Made by a program: the position numbers and the translations under genes. Shown here in pieces: positions 61,351 through 64,000 of a stretch of DNA of 64,000 nucleotides. The notes below the pieces were generated by a model. It was given only the letters and a program-made list of their open reading frames with translations. It made no database searches and was not told where the DNA came from. Numbering within the stretch: the stretch's first letter is position 1; the number at the start of each line of letters is the position of its first letter. This DNA is from Eledone cirrhosa (taxonomy: Eukaryota), in the NCBI GenBank assembly GCA_964016885.1, contig OZ024743.1:94240001-94304000 (forward strand), written 5' to 3'.

Positions 61351-64000
61351 TTTCATTTATTGGCCACAAGGGCCGACATATAGGGGACAACACAATAGAC
61401 AGGGACAGTGGGGGTTTACATAGAGATCGAGTAAGTATAAATAACAAAAAAACAAAAACAAAATAACAATAAAAATACAACAATGAAAGTTCCCCAATAA
61501 GAGGGATCACCACCCAGGGTTGACTCAAGCACCCCACCAGTCCTGAGCCACCCGACGCTCCTAGGGCACCCGGGAAGGGCACCCCTCTCCTTCTCGAATT
61601 CACCAGCCTACAGGCGCATGATCAGAGTAGGCCCACTCACGCGGGCCATTCTCGCCACATTCACCCACCTTTCAGTAAATGTACTGGGGGGCAGCACTTC
61701 TCTCTCCACCCTCACCTTCCTTTCCAAGTGAAACTTGAAGAAGTTGATGAGGGATTGGCCGAAGAGAAAAGTGTCTGTCTTCAGTCCTTTCAACCTGGTC
61801 CACCATGCAACCTCTTTCGCTACTGCCACCAGGCAGAGGAAAATTGCCTGCCCTTCCTGACCAAAAGAAGGCGGCGGGTCAATCTTCACTATGGACTCGG
61901 ACGATAGCCGGATCCGTTCTACACGCGACAATAGCTGTTCGACATAACCCCACAAGTCAGCAATGCACGGACACTGGACGAGTGCGTGCAGAACGGTTTC
62001 GTCGCTCTGCGCGCATCTCGGGCAGGTTCGTCTGACAGCACTTCCGTGCCTGTAGAGTTTATCCCGAACCGGCAGCGCCCCCCGGTAGCACTGCCAAGCG
62101 AGGGATTTCTGGAAGTTATCCATCGTCCCCGGCTCGAAAGTCCTCCGGAACATACTGGTCAGTTCTACTTCGTTGACGCCCAGAGCCTCTCCTAGTACGT
62201 CATCGCACTTGCCCTCCACTAATCCTCTATAGAAATCTTGAGTGGAAGTTCCACTGACCGCATTGCCCACCTTGCAGAGTGCAGTGAGCGCCTGGCAACA
62301 TTCCAGATGCCAGTCGCCCAGTCTCGGTCTCTTCTTGACCCAGGACTGCAGCTCAGTCAAAGAGATGAGCTGCGGAAAGGCCCGTCTAACAAACGGCGAC
62401 CACACCTGTTCACCGTTTAGGCAAAATATCTGGAGATGTCGCAGCCTCAGCGCATGTCTGCGCATCATTAGCCACGGCATGCCCAGCCCTCCACGAAGAG
62501 GGTGCTGGCAGCAGATGGACCGCCTCACCAACGGGACCCGTCCCCTCCACAAAAATTTGAAAAGGAGCCGTTCCAAATTGGCGAGGCGTGGACGGGGGCA
62601 AGGCACGACGGTCAGGCGGTAGTAGATGACGGACGCGATGTACGCGTTCGCCACCTCCGCCCGCCCTTTCAGTGATAGCTTTCTCTCAGCCCATTTCTGG
62701 GTGAGGTTGGCTATCCTGCTCGTCACCTCGTCCCAATTCTTATCCACCTGGAGGTCTGGTCCGAACCAAACCCCGAGCAACTTTACCGGTCCGTCTGTCC
62801 AGCGCCCAACGACGCTGTTGGACGGCATGGACTTGCCTCTCCAGGTGCCGAGCTGCAAGCCCACCGACTTTTCCGGGTTAAGTTTTGCTCCCGTCAACCT
62901 TTCATATTCCTCCAAATGGGTGCGGATCACCTCGATTTCCGAGGTGTCCGACACCATCACGGTGATGTCGTCCGCATAAGCGGACGCAGCCTTTCTACGT
63001 CCCGGTTCGAGCGGGATGCCCTGCAACAACTCCAGCTTCCGCAGTAGAGGCTCAAGAGTCAATACGTACAGAAGTGAGGAGAGAGGGCACCCTTGACGGA
63101 CCGATCGAGAGATCTGAAACGGTTCCGAGAGGTGGCCATTAACTTTGACCACCGAGCGGATGCCGCTGTACATTGCAGCGATCCAGCTTCTGAAGACGGG
63201 GCCGAAGCCAGCCGCCTCGAGGACAGCCTCCAAGTACCGATGGTCGACCCTATCGAATGCTTTCGATTGATCTAAATTGATCAGAGCCCCACCGAAGCCA
63301 GGTTTGCACCCAACCCTCTCTATGATGTATCGCATGAGGTGGAGGTTGTCGTGTATGGACCTGGTCGGGATTGCGCAAGTTTGCGCCTCCCCAACCAAAT
63401 CTTTGACGACAAGCGCCAACCTTTTCGCTAACACCTTGGCCAAAATCTTAAACTCTGTGTTGAGCAGGGTTATGGGCCTGAAATTATCTAGTGTGTCCCT
63501 CTTGTTCTCGTCTTTCCTTATCAGCGTCACTACGCCACGGCTCACAGAACTGGGAATGCTCCCGTTCTGCTGCCAGTTGCAGTAGAGCGCTTCGAGGAGA
63601 TCGGAGAACAAGTCTGGCATATTTACGTAAAGCTCGTAGGGCAGACCATCCAAACCGGGTGACTTGCGACTCGAGCAGCCGACAAGGGCGTCCTGAATTT
63701 CGGCTGATGTTATCGGCTCTTCGCAGCGCTCAGCATCGGCCGTCGAGAGGCGTGGCAAGCCGTCGAGGTAGGGACTGAAGTCCGCCGCCGTCTCCGACTC
63801 ACCCATCCTCCCGAACAATCGAGCAAAGTGCTGGCGAAAGGCCTCACACATCTGCTTGGAATCGCTCAGTTCGTGTCCATCTCGATCCGTCAAAGACCGA
63901 ATTGTGGTTTTATTTCCACGCTGCGTCTCTGCAAAGCGAGCCCATCGGGCAGCTTTGGTTCCCTCGTTCCTCAGAGCACGCGCCTTAGCTCTGACAATGC
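61304..64000 (-). mobile_element. Tx1/L1-clade LINE (3' part), intronic in the tyrosinase gene
   Basis: Uninterrupted ORF2, a ~260-nt 3' UTR, AATAAA and an (ATT)n tail at 61304-61348. Confidence 0.92.
61608..64000 (-). CDS. LINE ORF2: reverse transcriptase plus C-terminal CCHC zinc knuckle (open to window edge)
   Basis: KSPGLDGLP, NFRPITLLN, LDQSKAFDRV, VRQGCPLS, AYADD, GGLGMP, CPRCAQSDETVLHALVQC. The frame stays open upstream of 63893. Confidence 0.93.
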   Translation of the reverse strand, partial: IVRAKARALRNEGTKAARWARFAETQRGNKTTIRSLTDRDGHELSDSKQMCEAFRQHFARLFGRMGESETAADFSPYLDGLPRLSTADAERCEEPITSAEIQDALVGCSSRKSPGLDGLPYELYVNMPDLFSDLLEALYCNWQQNGSIPSSVSRGVVTLIRKDENKRDTLDNFRPITLLNTEFKILAKVLAKRLALVVKDLVGEAQTCAIPTRSIHDNLHLMRYIIERVGCKPGFGGALINLDQSKAFDRVDHRYLEAVLEAAGFGPVFRSWIAAMYSGIRSVVKVNGHLSEPFQISRSVRQGCPLSSLLYVLTLEPLLRKLELLQGIPLEPGRRKAASAYADDITVMVSDTSEIEVIRTHLEEYERLTGAKLNPEKSVGLQLGTWRGKSMPSNSVVGRWTDGPVKLLGVWFGPDLQVDKNWDEVTSRIANLTQKWAERKLSLKGRAEVANAYIASVIYYRLTVVPCPRPRLANLERLLFKFLWRGRVPLVRRSICCQHPLRGGLGMPWLMMRRHALRLRHLQIFCLNGEQVWSPFVRRAFPQLISLTELQSWVKKRPRLGDWHLECCQALTALCKVGNAVSGTSTQDFYRGLVEGKCDDVLGEALGVNEVELTSMFRRTFEPGTMDNFQKSLAWQCYRGALPVRDKLYRHGSAVRRTCPRCAQSDETVLHALVQCPCIADLWGYVEQLLSRVERIRLSSESIVKIDPPPSFGQEGQAIFLCLVAVAKEVAWWTRLKGLKTDTFLFGQSLINFFKFHLERKVRVEREVLPPSTFTERWVNVARMARVSGPTLIMRL

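Overview
AT-rich, repeat-dense eukaryotic genomic DNA, most likely from an octopus or other cephalopod mollusc (inferred from the tRNA-derived SINE families and a molluscan-type tyrosinase). One host gene is visible. It is the 3' part of a minus-strand, intron-containing tyrosinase-like type-3 copper protein with a Thr-rich linker and a C-terminal chitin-binding-like exon that the ORF track misses. The rest is mobile or repetitive DNA: a near-complete CR1-like LINE nested in a SINE, an intact Tx1/L1-like ORF2, RTE fragments, at least five Penelope-like (PLE) remnants (two with a Naiad-type CxCx5Cx5C linker), MITEs, many SINEs, a 5.4-kb 28-bp minisatellite, an 82-bp minisatellite and a 7.4-kb GT-rich array. 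The main hidden signal is about a dozen hammerhead-ribozyme (HHR) motifs of several sequence families, read by eye on both strands. Many have very long stem II regions and palindromic minimal stem III. They sit in inverted pLTR-like hairpins and in one ORF-less 629-bp, 1.4-copy unit that resembles a retrozyme or circular-RNA-derived insertion. All calls were made by manual reading; no database searches were run.
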